DNA of 64,000 nucleotides from Patescibacteria group bacterium (lineage in GTDB: Bacteria > Patescibacteriota > Minisyncoccia > UBA6257 > 2-01-FULL-56-20): NCBI GenBank assembly GCA_024654525.1, contig JANLHI010000002.1, forward strand, positions 16,496 through 80,495, read 5' to 3'. Position numbers and translations under genes: made by a program. The notes under the pieces are model-generated. The model worked only from the letters and a program-made list of their open reading frames with translations. It did no database searches and was not told the DNA's origin. Positions 39,059 through 48,094 of the stretch are shown piece by piece. Every line of letters starts with the position of its first letter. The first letter of the stretch is position 1.

Positions 39059-39403
39059 ATGACAAACAAAAAAATATCCAAAATGTCTACAGGTAAGAAA
39101 ATGGCAATCGGGGCGGGAATAGTGGCAGTGGGCGCGGCGACCGGAGGCGCGTATTATATATTAGGACCGAATGCCAAAGCGCATCAAAAGAAAGTGGCTG
39201 CGCTTTTGAATAAAATAAAAAAAGAAGTGGAAAAGGAGGCGAAAAAAGCAAAGGAAATATCCGTACCCCTGTATCACAAAGCGGTGGATACTGTTTCCAA
39301 AACTTACGCCAAGCACTACAAAGCTCACGAAAAAGATATAAAAGCTTTCACCAAGAAGCTAAAAAACGAATGGAAGGGGATGAAAAAAATGGGCAAGTCT
39401 TAA
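39059..39403 (+). CDS. Hypothetical Lys-rich protein with N-terminal Gly/Ala membrane helix
   Basis: AIGAGIVAVGAATGGAYY followed by amphipathic helices. Confidence 0.7.
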   Translation: MTNKKISKMSTGKKMAIGAGIVAVGAATGGAYYILGPNAKAHQKKVAALLNKIKKEVEKEAKKAKEISVPLYHKAVDTVSKTYAKHYKAHEKDIKAFTKKLKNEWKGMKKMGKS

Positions 39404-39533
39404 ATTTTGTTTATTGTCTACAGGTGTCCAACACCTGACAATAAGGAAGAGTTGGTGACCGCATGACTTGGGGCGTATCAGGAGTTTTCTTCAAAAAAGG
39501 TTCGAATAAATGCAAAAATAACACCACTACATT

Positions 39534-40196
39534 ATGAAAACGGTTTTGATCACAGGGGGTAGTAGGGGGATTGGAAAAGCTTTGGTACAAAGATTTTTAT
39601 CCGAAGGATATTTTGTTATTGGGACTTCAACGAAGGGCGTTACTGATATTACCCATGAAAATTTGCTCGTGGTGCAGTTGGATTTGATGAGTCCAGAGAG
39701 TATTAGAAACTGCGCGGATAAAATTCTGAATATCAAAAAAACCGTAGATATTTTGATTAATAACGCCGCCGCGCTTTGGACTGAGCGAGTTGGTGATACG
39801 ATGGAGCTTCAAGTGGATATTTTGAGAAAAACTCTAGAGGTCGATTTGATTGGTGTGATAGATTTTACCTTACGCATTGTTCCGATTATGAGTCAGGGTG
39901 GGCATATTATAAATATATCCTCGCGACAGGGATCATTGCATTATGTTCATGAAATGAAAAATCCCTCCTATCAGATTTCGAAGGCGGGATTAAATATGTT
40001 TACCAAGGTTCTTTCTTGTCAGTTGAAAGATACAATTACCGTTTCCTCGGTTCATCCGGGTGCGGTACTTTCGGGTTTAGCTGCGGCAGATGCGAATATG
40101 TTACCAGAAGAATCTGCAAATTATATCTATGACTTGGCGATTTCGAAATCAAAAACCGGTCAGTTTTGGTTTAAGGGAGAGCCTTTTCCTTGGTAA
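39534..40196 (+). CDS. Short-chain dehydrogenase/reductase
   Basis: TGGSRGIG, NNAA, YQISK, HPG. Confidence 0.92.
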   Translation: MKTVLITGGSRGIGKALVQRFLSEGYFVIGTSTKGVTDITHENLLVVQLDLMSPESIRNCADKILNIKKTVDILINNAAALWTERVGDTMELQVDILRKTLEVDLIGVIDFTLRIVPIMSQGGHIINISSRQGSLHYVHEMKNPSYQISKAGLNMFTKVLSCQLKDTITVSSVHPGAVLSGLAAADANMLPEESANYIYDLAISKSKTGQFWFKGEPFPW

Positions 40197-40275
40197 TCAG
40201 GGTTTTTAGCTTTGCTCTCTCGGATCTATTGAAGAGCGATTTTGCGAATTTTTGATTATGGAGGATAATTACGGT

Positions 40276-40491
40276 ATGGATATGCTTGCATTGTTATGCG
40301 GTGTTGTGGGGCTTCTTGTTATCTCCCGCGCGGTGTGGTTGCGGAATGAGCGTGCGCAGGATGAATGGTTTATTGTCGGGGGCATACTACTTTTGGTGTA
40401 CAGCGTAAGCATCGGGAGCGCAATATTCACCATTCTTCAGTTGGTATTTATTCTTTCGGCGTTTTGGGAACTGAAAAAGCTACGGAAATGA
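40276..40491 (+). CDS. Small membrane protein
   Basis: Three hydrophobic segments; ATGA overlap with tspO. Confidence 0.65.
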   Translation: MDMLALLCGVVGLLVISRAVWLRNERAQDEWFIVGGILLLVYSVSIGSAIFTILQLVFILSAFWELKKLRK

Positions 40492-40982
40492 GTGCGTTTT
40501 TCAAACTTGTTTTTACGATAGGAATATCCGAACTTGCGGGAGTTTCCGGTTCTATTTTTACCGTGCCGGCGATTTCTTCCGGGTGGTACGCGACGTTGGA
40601 GAAACCCGCACTCACACCGCCTTCGTGGGTGTTTGCTCCCGTGTGGACGATACTTTTTGCGCTCATGGGAATATCACTTTTCCTTGTGTGGCGTGCACAT
40701 TCCAATATTTTGCAAAATATTGGAATGTTGCCGATGTGGCATTTGGCATTCTTTGTATTTGCGTTCCAGCTTTCGCTTAATGTGTTATGGTCAATGATGT
40801 TTTTTGGATTACAGAGCACTGCGGGAGCGTTGGTGATAATTATTTCTCTTTGGTGCGCTATTCTTGCGACTATTTTGGTATTTGGAAAAATTTCCCGTGT
40901 GGCGGCATGGCTTTTAGTGCCGTATATCGTATGGGTGAGCTTTGCGGCATATCTTAATTATTCAATCTGGATTCTTTCTTGA
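40488..40982 (+). CDS. tspO: TspO/MBR protein (second intact copy)
   Basis: WYATLEKP..TPPSWVFAPVWT, LVPYIVWVSFA. Confidence 0.92.
   Translation: MSAFFKLVFTIGISELAGVSGSIFTVPAISSGWYATLEKPALTPPSWVFAPVWTILFALMGISLFLVWRAHSNILQNIGMLPMWHLAFFVFAFQLSLNVLWSMMFFGLQSTAGALVIIISLWCAILATILVFGKISRVAAWLLVPYIVWVSFAAYLNYSIWILS
40697..40728. repeat. Perfect 32-bp palindrome inside tspO
   Basis: acattccaatattttg|caaaatattggaatgt. Confidence 0.85.
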
Positions 40983-40994
40983 TACGCGGGAACA

Positions 40995-41828
40995 ATGTTT
41001 GGAATTATCCTTGCAGGAATTGGTGCGGCACTTAATGAAGTTGGTTCTTCAATCGGTAAGTGGGAGGTGGAGCATCACAAAGAAACTTTGCCGATTATGG
41101 GTTTTATTCAGCTCTTTTGGGGAGCGGTGTTTTTTGCAATATTCGGGTTAGTGGTCAAAGGATCGTTTGTGTTCAATCTTGCATCGCTTCCCACATTTCT
41201 CCCAAGAGTAATTCTTGAAGTTATTTGTATACATCTCGCATTGCGTGCAACGGCGACTGCGGAGCGAAGCGCAATAGGATTTCTTACGGTTGGTACCATC
41301 CCCTTGGTGCTTATGGCGGACATTGTACTTGGGTACGCAATTTCGCCCATGCAGTTCGGAGGAATATTTGTTGTCGCGGTAGGATTGTTGTTATTATTGA
41401 TTAATCATGGAATCAAAGTAAGAGGCATTCCCTATGTAGTGGGTTTTGTCGTGACAAGCGCCGCTACCATTTCCCTTTATAAATATGACATCACCTATTT
41501 CAATTCGGTAGGAGCGGAACAAGGAATCATCTACGCAATTTTACTTTCCTACTTCACGCTATCTGTGATAGTGCGTAATCGAAAGAATCCTTTTGTATTT
41601 CTTATGCGATATCCGTTCTCACTTCAAAGTATTGCGCATGGGGGAGTGGGTATAGTATCGAGCTTTGCATATACGTTTGCTCCGGCATCGATAATTATTA
41701 CTGCACGCCGTGCATTCGGCATACTCTCCAGCGTGGTATCCGGAAAAATTTATTTCCACGAGAGGCATCTTCTCGCAAAAAGCGCGGCATTCGTATTGGT
41801 AATGGTGGGAATCGTAATGCTGGTCTAG
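40995..41828 (+). CDS. DMT/EamA-like membrane transporter
   Basis: About 10 TM helices in two repeats ending FHERH...FVLVMVGIV. Confidence 0.7.
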   Translation: MFGIILAGIGAALNEVGSSIGKWEVEHHKETLPIMGFIQLFWGAVFFAIFGLVVKGSFVFNLASLPTFLPRVILEVICIHLALRATATAERSAIGFLTVGTIPLVLMADIVLGYAISPMQFGGIFVVAVGLLLLLINHGIKVRGIPYVVGFVVTSAATISLYKYDITYFNSVGAEQGIIYAILLSYFTLSVIVRNRKNPFVFLMRYPFSLQSIAHGGVGIVSSFAYTFAPASIIITARRAFGILSSVVSGKIYFHERHLLAKSAAFVLVMVGIVMLV

Positions 41829-41923
41829 TTTTCGAGGTGATGTGATTGTGAATAATTTCCTATGGTAAAAATGGTATAATAATTCCATGATTGGACACCT
41901 TAAGGGACACTAATCGTTGTTCC

Positions 41924-41957
41924 CAAAATCCCTCCGACATGGGTCGGAGGGATTTTG
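41924..41957. terminator. Bidirectional terminator
   Basis: caaaatccctccgac-atgg-gtcggagggattttg. Confidence 0.8.
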
Positions 41958-42051
41958 TTTTTATGCGTAGAACTTTCAGCATGACCCTGTTTCAACCATA
42001 ATCATACCAACAAACTCAAGTATGTTGGTATGATGTTCTATATGGTTATTG

Positions 42052-43242
42052 TTATCGGGGAAATATGGTGTCCCACACCGCGCCTGCCGCGTTTTGGATT
42101 TTTCCTTTGAAGGGATAATGGTGGTTGTCCAAAAAGGGAAGACTATTACATTCAATCACTCCGGAGCGTGGTTGTTCTTTCCATGACGTGCCAATGTCGC
42201 GAATTATAAAGTCGATTCCCACAATGGGATCGTCAAAATACGTGCCGATACGATTGAAAAGTGCAATATTCTCCGGATGAGTCGTGTCTGTCGCGTCTTC
42301 CGTGGTGCCTCCGTAACACCAGTTTATTTTTTGATGAAGAGGAATAATGACGCCGTGCGCAGGAATACTTTCCCATGTGAGCCCTTGGCGTTGAAGTTCG
42401 TCTTCCGCTCCATCGCCGGTCGCGAGTTTCGAGAAAATTGGTCCCTGTCGCAGGGGATTTTTATTTTCTTCCACGACAAGTTCTCTAATGGTGTGCGTGC
42501 CGTCCCCGATAACTTGCGCGGAGTCTCGTCGGATAACCCCCACGGTTTTCCTGTCAATGACGGTTGCGCGAAATACCGAACCGAAAAGCTCTTCTTCTAT
42601 GATGACCCACGGAGAAAGTTTGCGTGCAATACGAAATGCATGCACAAACGATTCTTCATCTTCGAGGTGAATGAATGTATGACGGCTTCCCGAGCCAAGC
42701 GACGGTTTTACGATTACGGGCTTATGAAGCGTACGAAATAGTTTTCGCGCTCCTGCAATCGTGGCGCGCGCACCACCCGCGGCAACGGGGAATCCCTGTA
42801 CGAGAAATTTTTTTTTCATGATGCGCTTGTCATCCATCCAAAGAAGAGCGTGAGAAGGACGCCCTTTTCGCGGAAGTCCTTCGAATGCAATTTTTGTGCC
42901 ACGGTATTCCGCAAGGAAAAGCTCTTTTACTTTATTAAAAAGGCGAAATTGACGCATAGTGATACCGCGCCTGATTGCTTCTTCCCACATACATCGCGTA
43001 CGGAGTGAATCGCGTTCATCGGGTGCGTGGGTAACAGTGCCGAGTCGGAGTGCCACAAGAACAGGAACAAGGCGCCACGCAAGGGGAGTCCATATTTTTT
43101 GAAACAGGGGAACAAGGTATCGCCATGTCATATCCACGGAAAAAAATACCGGACGCGTAACGGTTTCGATAAAACCGTTTAACCACTCGGCAAAGTGTAA
43201 AGTAGGGGACCCGCTACAGTGCGGGCAAGTTTCTCGTTTCAT
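42052..43242 (-). CDS. ATP-grasp ligase related to cyanophycin synthetase/GshF ATP-grasp domain
   Basis: PVIVKP..GS.SRH, VIGDG.HTI.EL, GGTTED.TD..HP.N, GIDF, IECN..P. Confidence 0.8.
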   Translation of the reverse strand: MKRETCPHCSGSPTLHFAEWLNGFIETVTRPVFFSVDMTWRYLVPLFQKIWTPLAWRLVPVLVALRLGTVTHAPDERDSLRTRCMWEEAIRRGITMRQFRLFNKVKELFLAEYRGTKIAFEGLPRKGRPSHALLWMDDKRIMKKKFLVQGFPVAAGGARATIAGARKLFRTLHKPVIVKPSLGSGSRHTFIHLEDEESFVHAFRIARKLSPWVIIEEELFGSVFRATVIDRKTVGVIRRDSAQVIGDGTHTIRELVVEENKNPLRQGPIFSKLATGDGAEDELQRQGLTWESIPAHGVIIPLHQKINWCYGGTTEDATDTTHPENIALFNRIGTYFDDPIVGIDFIIRDIGTSWKEQPRSGVIECNSLPFLDNHHYPFKGKIQNAAGAVWDTIFPR

Positions 43243-43345
43243 TGGTATTAACGATAGCAGTATCGGGAGAAAGGGAAACTTGACATTATAGCACTTTTTA
43301 TGCAATAATTTTCCCGTGAACTTGAAAACTTAAAACAAGATACAT

Positions 43346-43564
43346 ATGAATGAAAAAAATAAAGAAAATACAAGGCTATTTTTCCTTGTTATGGTCTCTA
43401 TTCCGATCATCGTATGGTGGTGGGTACGAGTCGTGAATAGTCCTTATGGTCAATATGCCTTTGAAGGGATACCCTTCGGGTGGAAGGGGCTTCTATTCTA
43501 TTGCTTGATCCAGGGAATGGGAGTGTTTTTTCTTACTCGTTGGCTATTAAAGAAATTCTTCTAG
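43346..43564 (+). CDS. Small hypothetical membrane protein
   Basis: Two TM segments; upstream TTGACA promoter and downstream terminator. Confidence 0.55.
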   Translation: MNEKNKENTRLFFLVMVSIPIIVWWWVRVVNSPYGQYAFEGIPFGWKGLLFYCLIQGMGVFFLTRWLLKKFF

Positions 43565-43729
43565 GAAAGACACGAAAAAAAATAAAAAGGGCAGTCATCA
43601 GCTGCCCCTTTTTAATACATACAAAGACTTGACTATATAAAAATATTATGCATAATATTTAAGCCTTATCCAAGTGAAAATTATCGCATTGTTGCGAGTG
43701 AGAATGGATGGGATTAGTACATTAATGTT

Positions 43730-43900
43730 ATGAAAAAATCTAAAAAGAAAGTACCGAAGAAAGATTCTTCTTCGGAGGAGTTGTGGGCGAACCGGGAACC
43801 GGTTGCTCAAAAAATGACACCGGAGGAGAGTAAAAACTACAACAAAGGAAGGGAGATTTTGGGCATCTCGCCCAATGAACTCCCCAGTGCGCAGAAGTAA
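43730..43900 (+). CDS. Small hypothetical protein (56 aa, not in the ORF track)
   Basis: MKKSKKKVPKKDSSSEELWANREPVAQKMTPEESKNYNKGREILGISPNELPSAQK; its 3' end is duplicated with mostly synonymous changes. Confidence 0.6.
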   Translation: MKKSKKKVPKKDSSSEELWANREPVAQKMTPEESKNYNKGREILGISPNELPSAQK

Positions 43901-44154
43901 GTTATTCGCTCTAACATTCGAGAAAGGAGAAAAATTATGCAAAAAAAGAAAAGGCGACCGTAAGGTTCGCCTTTTTTGATTGGTGAAATAGATAGAGATG
44001 GGCATCTTTAGTGGTCTTGAAAGATGCCTCTCTTACGTTGTGTCCATGAATTTGCAATGGGATATACCAAGGTATAGAGTGTGGTGGGCTGTAAGTAATA
44101 GCCCAAATCGGACAACCTGTCCTTTGATAGGACTAAATATGGAAGGAATCAGTT

Positions 44155-45177
44155 ATGCAGAAATCTAGAAATTTTCGGGCGATGCTCGAGAAGAAATGGG
44201 ACGAGGGGAAACATATCTGTGTCGGGCTTGATCCCGATATGGAGAAAATTCCACAACATATCAAAGATGCGGCGGTAAAGAAAACTACACCGGGACAATC
44301 GTCAATTGGGCGCACGATTATCGGTTTTTGCCGTGCGATTGTGCACGCAACGAAAGACCTCGTGTGTGCCTTCAAGCCAAACATCGCCTTCTTCGAAGCG
44401 TTCGGACCGGAGGGGTTTTGGATATTCGCCGATGTGGTGAAGATGGTGCGGGACGAGGCGCCCGATGTGGTTCTTATCGGTGACATGAAACGGGCTGACA
44501 TCGGCAATACGAACAAGGGGTACGCCACGGGAGCGTTCGAATGGTTAGGCGTGGATGCCATTACCGTGAATCCCTACTTTGGAGGCGGTTCACTCGCTCC
44601 TTTCCTTGATTTCGAAAAGAGGGAAGTGGGAATTAACAGGGGCGATTGCGGTGTTATCGTTCTTTGTCGCACCTCGAATCCTGAGGCGGCGGAATTTCAA
44701 GATCGGCTGACGTTGGTGCTAGCAGAAGATGTTGAAACAGAGCGCGGGATACTTCTTCGATCGGGGGTAACTAACGAAATTTCCAAAGCGTGGAGTACGG
44801 TAACGCTGGATGGAAAATTGTATTGTGCGATGCCGCACTACCAATGGGTGGCCCTTCGGTTTGCAAGCCGTTGGAGTTATAACGGAAACTGCGCGCTCGT
44901 GGTGGGCGCAACGGCACCGCAAGAGCTCGCCGATGTGCGTGCCCTTGTGGGAGATCTTCCGCTCTTAATTCCCGGAATCGGGTTTCAGCAAAAAGGTGTG
45001 CCGATTGAAGATCAGATAGAGCGCGCAGTGAATGCAGGAAGGGACAGTCGCGGTCGCGGGTTTATCCTCAATGACTCGCGAGGGACTCTCTATGCCTCAA
45101 GCGGAGATGACTTCACGGATGCGGCACGGGCAAGAGTCAATAAACTAAACGAATTAGTCAGGCAAAATCTGAAGTGA
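44155..45177 (+). CDS. pyrF: Orotidine-5'-phosphate decarboxylase
   Basis: CVGLDP, FKPN.AFFE, DMKRADIGNT, RTSNP, VVGAT, LIPGIG.Q. Confidence 0.93.
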   Translation: MQKSRNFRAMLEKKWDEGKHICVGLDPDMEKIPQHIKDAAVKKTTPGQSSIGRTIIGFCRAIVHATKDLVCAFKPNIAFFEAFGPEGFWIFADVVKMVRDEAPDVVLIGDMKRADIGNTNKGYATGAFEWLGVDAITVNPYFGGGSLAPFLDFEKREVGINRGDCGVIVLCRTSNPEAAEFQDRLTLVLAEDVETERGILLRSGVTNEISKAWSTVTLDGKLYCAMPHYQWVALRFASRWSYNGNCALVVGATAPQELADVRALVGDLPLLIPGIGFQQKGVPIEDQIERAVNAGRDSRGRGFILNDSRGTLYASSGDDFTDAARARVNKLNELVRQNLK

Positions 45178-45190
45178 AAGAGGAAAAAGT

Positions 45191-45925
45191 ATGAAAGATA
45201 TCCTACAGTTGGGACCAAAAGGTATTCTTGCGCTTGACCCCGGGGAAGTGGACCGTCCACTTACCGCACCGGAGGTGGTGTATATTGCAAAAACACTCGG
45301 CGCCTTTTGGGAGTATGACTACGCGGCGGCGAATGTGGGACGAGTCGGTATGCATGCCATACTCAAGTCGAAGCGGCACAGCGACGGATTTTTTGTGTCG
45401 AGGATTCTCCTCGAGTCGGATAATATCTGTCGCATCATGGCGGATCAGATTGTGATGCGCCTCCGGAGTGAGAGCATTCCTTGTCCCGACTGTGTCATTG
45501 GCATACCCGATGGCGCTACCAAATTGGGACGCGATGTCGCCAAGACATTGGGTGTGCGTAAGGTGGAAATGGAGAAACTCGTCGGACGGCTCGTGCTTAA
45601 GGATGCAATTCCCGATGACGCGAGCGTGCTCCTCGTCGAGGACTTTTGCACGCGGGGTACCGGTTTTAAGGAAGCGGTTCTCGAAGTGAAAGGCAAGCAT
45701 CCATCGGTGAAAGTCGTTCCGTATGACCCCGTTATCATCAATCGTGGGGGATTGCGGGATTTCGAAGTCGAGGGAGTCGGACGTTTCACAGTACTCCCTG
45801 TTGTCGAGCGGCGCGTGCAGGACTGGGAAGCGGATGAGTGTCTGTTGTGTCCTCAAGGTTCGACACCCATCAAACCAAAAGAAACAGACGCTAATTGGCG
45901 GCTTATCAACGAATCACAACATTAA
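45191..45925 (+). CDS. pyrE: Orotate phosphoribosyltransferase-like PRTase
   Basis: HAILKSKRHSDGFF, VLLVEDFCTRGTG PRPP-binding loop; directly after pyrF. Confidence 0.75.
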   Translation: MKDILQLGPKGILALDPGEVDRPLTAPEVVYIAKTLGAFWEYDYAAANVGRVGMHAILKSKRHSDGFFVSRILLESDNICRIMADQIVMRLRSESIPCPDCVIGIPDGATKLGRDVAKTLGVRKVEMEKLVGRLVLKDAIPDDASVLLVEDFCTRGTGFKEAVLEVKGKHPSVKVVPYDPVIINRGGLRDFEVEGVGRFTVLPVVERRVQDWEADECLLCPQGSTPIKPKETDANWRLINESQH

Positions 45926-45929
45926 GCTA

Positions 45930-45986
45930 AAGGGAAGGGAGATTTTGGGCATATCGCCCAATGAACTCCCCAGCACCCAAAAGTAA
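45930..45986 (+). repeat. Direct repeat of 43844-43900
   Basis: 51/57 nt identical; encodes KGREILGISPNELPS(A/T)QK*. Confidence 0.9.
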
Positions 45987-46150
45987 AAGAAAAAATAAAA
46001 CAAGAAAAAGGCATCTGCAAAGATGCCTTTTCTAATTCCATTTTTTCCAAAAGTACCACTTATCCACAAACATCTTATCTCTTGTAGGGTATAATATAAT
46101 CACGATCAAAGGTCGAAGGTGTTATTAGGGGTAATAAAATTTAAATTCAC

Positions 46151-46834
46151 ATGGTAGTACAAGATTGGACGAATGTGGTGGCTAATTCCCTCCAGAACCT
46201 TTGGCTGGGAGTAGCCGGCTTTCTTCCGACGCTCATTGGTGCGCTTGCGGTTCTTTTGGTAGGACTCATTGTTGCATTTGGCGTGGGGACGGCAGTTGAA
46301 AAAATATTTCAGGCATTGAAGCTCGATACGTTTCTTTCGAAACTCGGACTTAGTCATTATTTTGAACGCGCAAACCTTAAACTGCGTGCCTCTTACTTTT
46401 TGGGGCAGTTAGTGTACTGGTTTGTCGCAATCGCGTTTCTCCTTGCGGCGTCGGACATATTGCAGCTCAATGCACTTTCTGAATTTTTGAAAGATGTGCT
46501 TGGGTATCTTCCGAACGTGATTCTTGCGGTGTTGATCATGCTTGCGGCGGTGATTGTGGCGAACTTTGTGCGCCACATCGTACGCGCATCGGTGATGAGC
46601 GCGAAGCTTCACGCAGGACGATTTCTAGGAACGCTTGCATGGTGGTCGGTGGTGGTGTTTGGTTTGTTGACCGCGTTGGTTCAATTGAACGTAGCGGTAA
46701 GCATTATCAATAGCATTGTAACCGGCTTTATTGCAATGCTCGCAATCGCGGGAGGACTTGCCTTCGGATTGGGGGGTCGTGATTATGCGGCGTATCTTAT
46801 CAATAAGCTTCGGGAGCACACGGAATCTCGATAA
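46151..46834 (+). CDS. Conserved TM-helix repeat protein (CmpX/MscS N-terminal-like)
   Basis: FLPTLIGA / YLPNVILA repeats, AGGLAFGLGGRD. Confidence 0.8.
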   Translation: MVVQDWTNVVANSLQNLWLGVAGFLPTLIGALAVLLVGLIVAFGVGTAVEKIFQALKLDTFLSKLGLSHYFERANLKLRASYFLGQLVYWFVAIAFLLAASDILQLNALSEFLKDVLGYLPNVILAVLIMLAAVIVANFVRHIVRASVMSAKLHAGRFLGTLAWWSVVVFGLLTALVQLNVAVSIINSIVTGFIAMLAIAGGLAFGLGGRDYAAYLINKLREHTESR

Positions 46835-47031
46835 TCAATCCTTGTGAGGAGGATTGGTGTCGGTTCCAGGTTCTCGAAACGGTGTGCGACTTCATTTTTC
46901 CGCATAGAGGGGATGAAGTTTGCCCGGTAATGGATTTGCGATTCCCGCCTTTGGCGGATTGAGATTATATCGCGGTTCCATTACCGGGTTTGCATTTTTT
47001 TTGACTCTCGTATACCATTGAACACACAAAT

Positions 47032-47469
47032 ATGTTGGTAATTCGCTTCCAGCGTACAGGGAAAAAACATCAGCCAAGCTACCGTATTGTTGTTGCGGAG
47101 CGTCGTTCGAGTTTGGGTGGTCCTTCCGTGGAGACGCTTGGATCGTATGAAGTAGCGACAAAGAAAGTAATTATCAATAAAGAGCGTGTTTTGCACTGGT
47201 TGAAAATGGGCGCGCAGGCAAGCGATACCGTGTGGAATCTTTTTGTAAGAGAGAAGGTAATAGACGGACCAAAGCGAAAACTTAATATTAAATTTGTAGA
47301 AAAGGAAAATGCAAAGTCTCCTGATCCCGTAGCGCAAGTCGCGGAGCCAAAGAAGGAAGAGGAGTCGGTTTCCCCCGTGGATCAAGCACCGGTAGCATCA
47401 AAAGAAGAGGTTCCTGCTTCAGTAGAAACATCGGATGAAGTTCCCGCAGAAACACCTGCTACACAATAA
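47032..47469 (+). CDS. rpsP: 30S ribosomal protein S16
   Basis: MLVIRFQRTGKKHQPSYRIVVAE, WLKMGAQASDTV; acidic tail. Confidence 0.95.
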   Translation: MLVIRFQRTGKKHQPSYRIVVAERRSSLGGPSVETLGSYEVATKKVIINKERVLHWLKMGAQASDTVWNLFVREKVIDGPKRKLNIKFVEKENAKSPDPVAQVAEPKKEEESVSPVDQAPVASKEEVPASVETSDEVPAETPATQ

Positions 47470-47601
47470 AAGAGGAGTATCTTTACGGTTTTGCTCAAGA
47501 AGAGGTTGACAACCTCATCGTTTTGTGTATAATAAAATTACGCTCGGTCAATGTAAAGAAATGGAGCGAAAGGTCGAAGGAGATAAGTTCTGAATATCAG
47601 T

Positions 47602-47922
47602 ATGGATCAATCAGCTGACAAAGAGTTTCTCGAATATCTGGTTAAGTCATTAGTGGATCATCCTGAAGACGTAAAAGTTGACCGCAAGGTTGACGAAATG
47701 GGAGTGCTTCTCTCACTTCGGGTAAATCCCTTGGATATGGGCCAGGTAGTCGGACGCCAGGGCGCAACCGCGAAAGCGATTCGCTCATTGCTCCGGATTG
47801 TGGGCATTAAGAATAACGCCCGCGTAAATCTCAAGATTGAGGAACCGGAAGGCAGTACGCGTCCCCCGCGCACTCATGGTGGCGAAAGCCGTCGTGATGG
47901 TGCAGGAGAAGGGAATTACTAG
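47602..47922 (+). CDS. khpA: KH-domain RNA-binding protein
   Basis: LVDHPEDV, DMGQVVGRQGATAKAIRSLL; follows rpsP. Confidence 0.9.
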   Translation: MDQSADKEFLEYLVKSLVDHPEDVKVDRKVDEMGVLLSLRVNPLDMGQVVGRQGATAKAIRSLLRIVGIKNNARVNLKIEEPEGSTRPPRTHGGESRRDGAGEGNY

Positions 47923-47937
47923 TATAGTTTTGCTCTT

Positions 47938-47974
47938 AAACCACCTCGCTCCCTTACGGGAGTGAGGTGGTTTT
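47938..47974 (+). terminator. Intrinsic terminator
   Basis: aaaccacctcgctccc-ttac-gggagtgaggtggtttt. Confidence 0.8.
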
Positions 47975-48094
47975 GTTTTTCCGGGAAGAGAATGAGAGAT
48001 TGACTGCGTACATAGAATTTGTTATTTTATATGCCATCTGCGAGTCGGATGGCGCCACTCAGCAATTATTATTTATTAATTATACGGAATCTTT

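Noticed and set aside
24346..40200. Prophage or integrative element with attL/attR at tRNA-Ala
   Set aside because: No integrase, no phage structural genes and no duplicate of the tRNA 3' end found by eye
42052..43242. Complete cyanophycin synthetase
   Set aside because: Only the ATP-grasp part is present; the Mur-ligase-like half is missing
44087..44135. PyrR-binding attenuator upstream of pyrF
   Set aside because: Small hairpins are present but do not match the PyrR loop consensus, and no terminator/antiterminator pair is evident
24513..46068. DnaA-box-like TTATCCACA at ~24513 and ~46060 as an origin
   Set aside because: Isolated single boxes, no cluster and no dnaA/dnaN nearby
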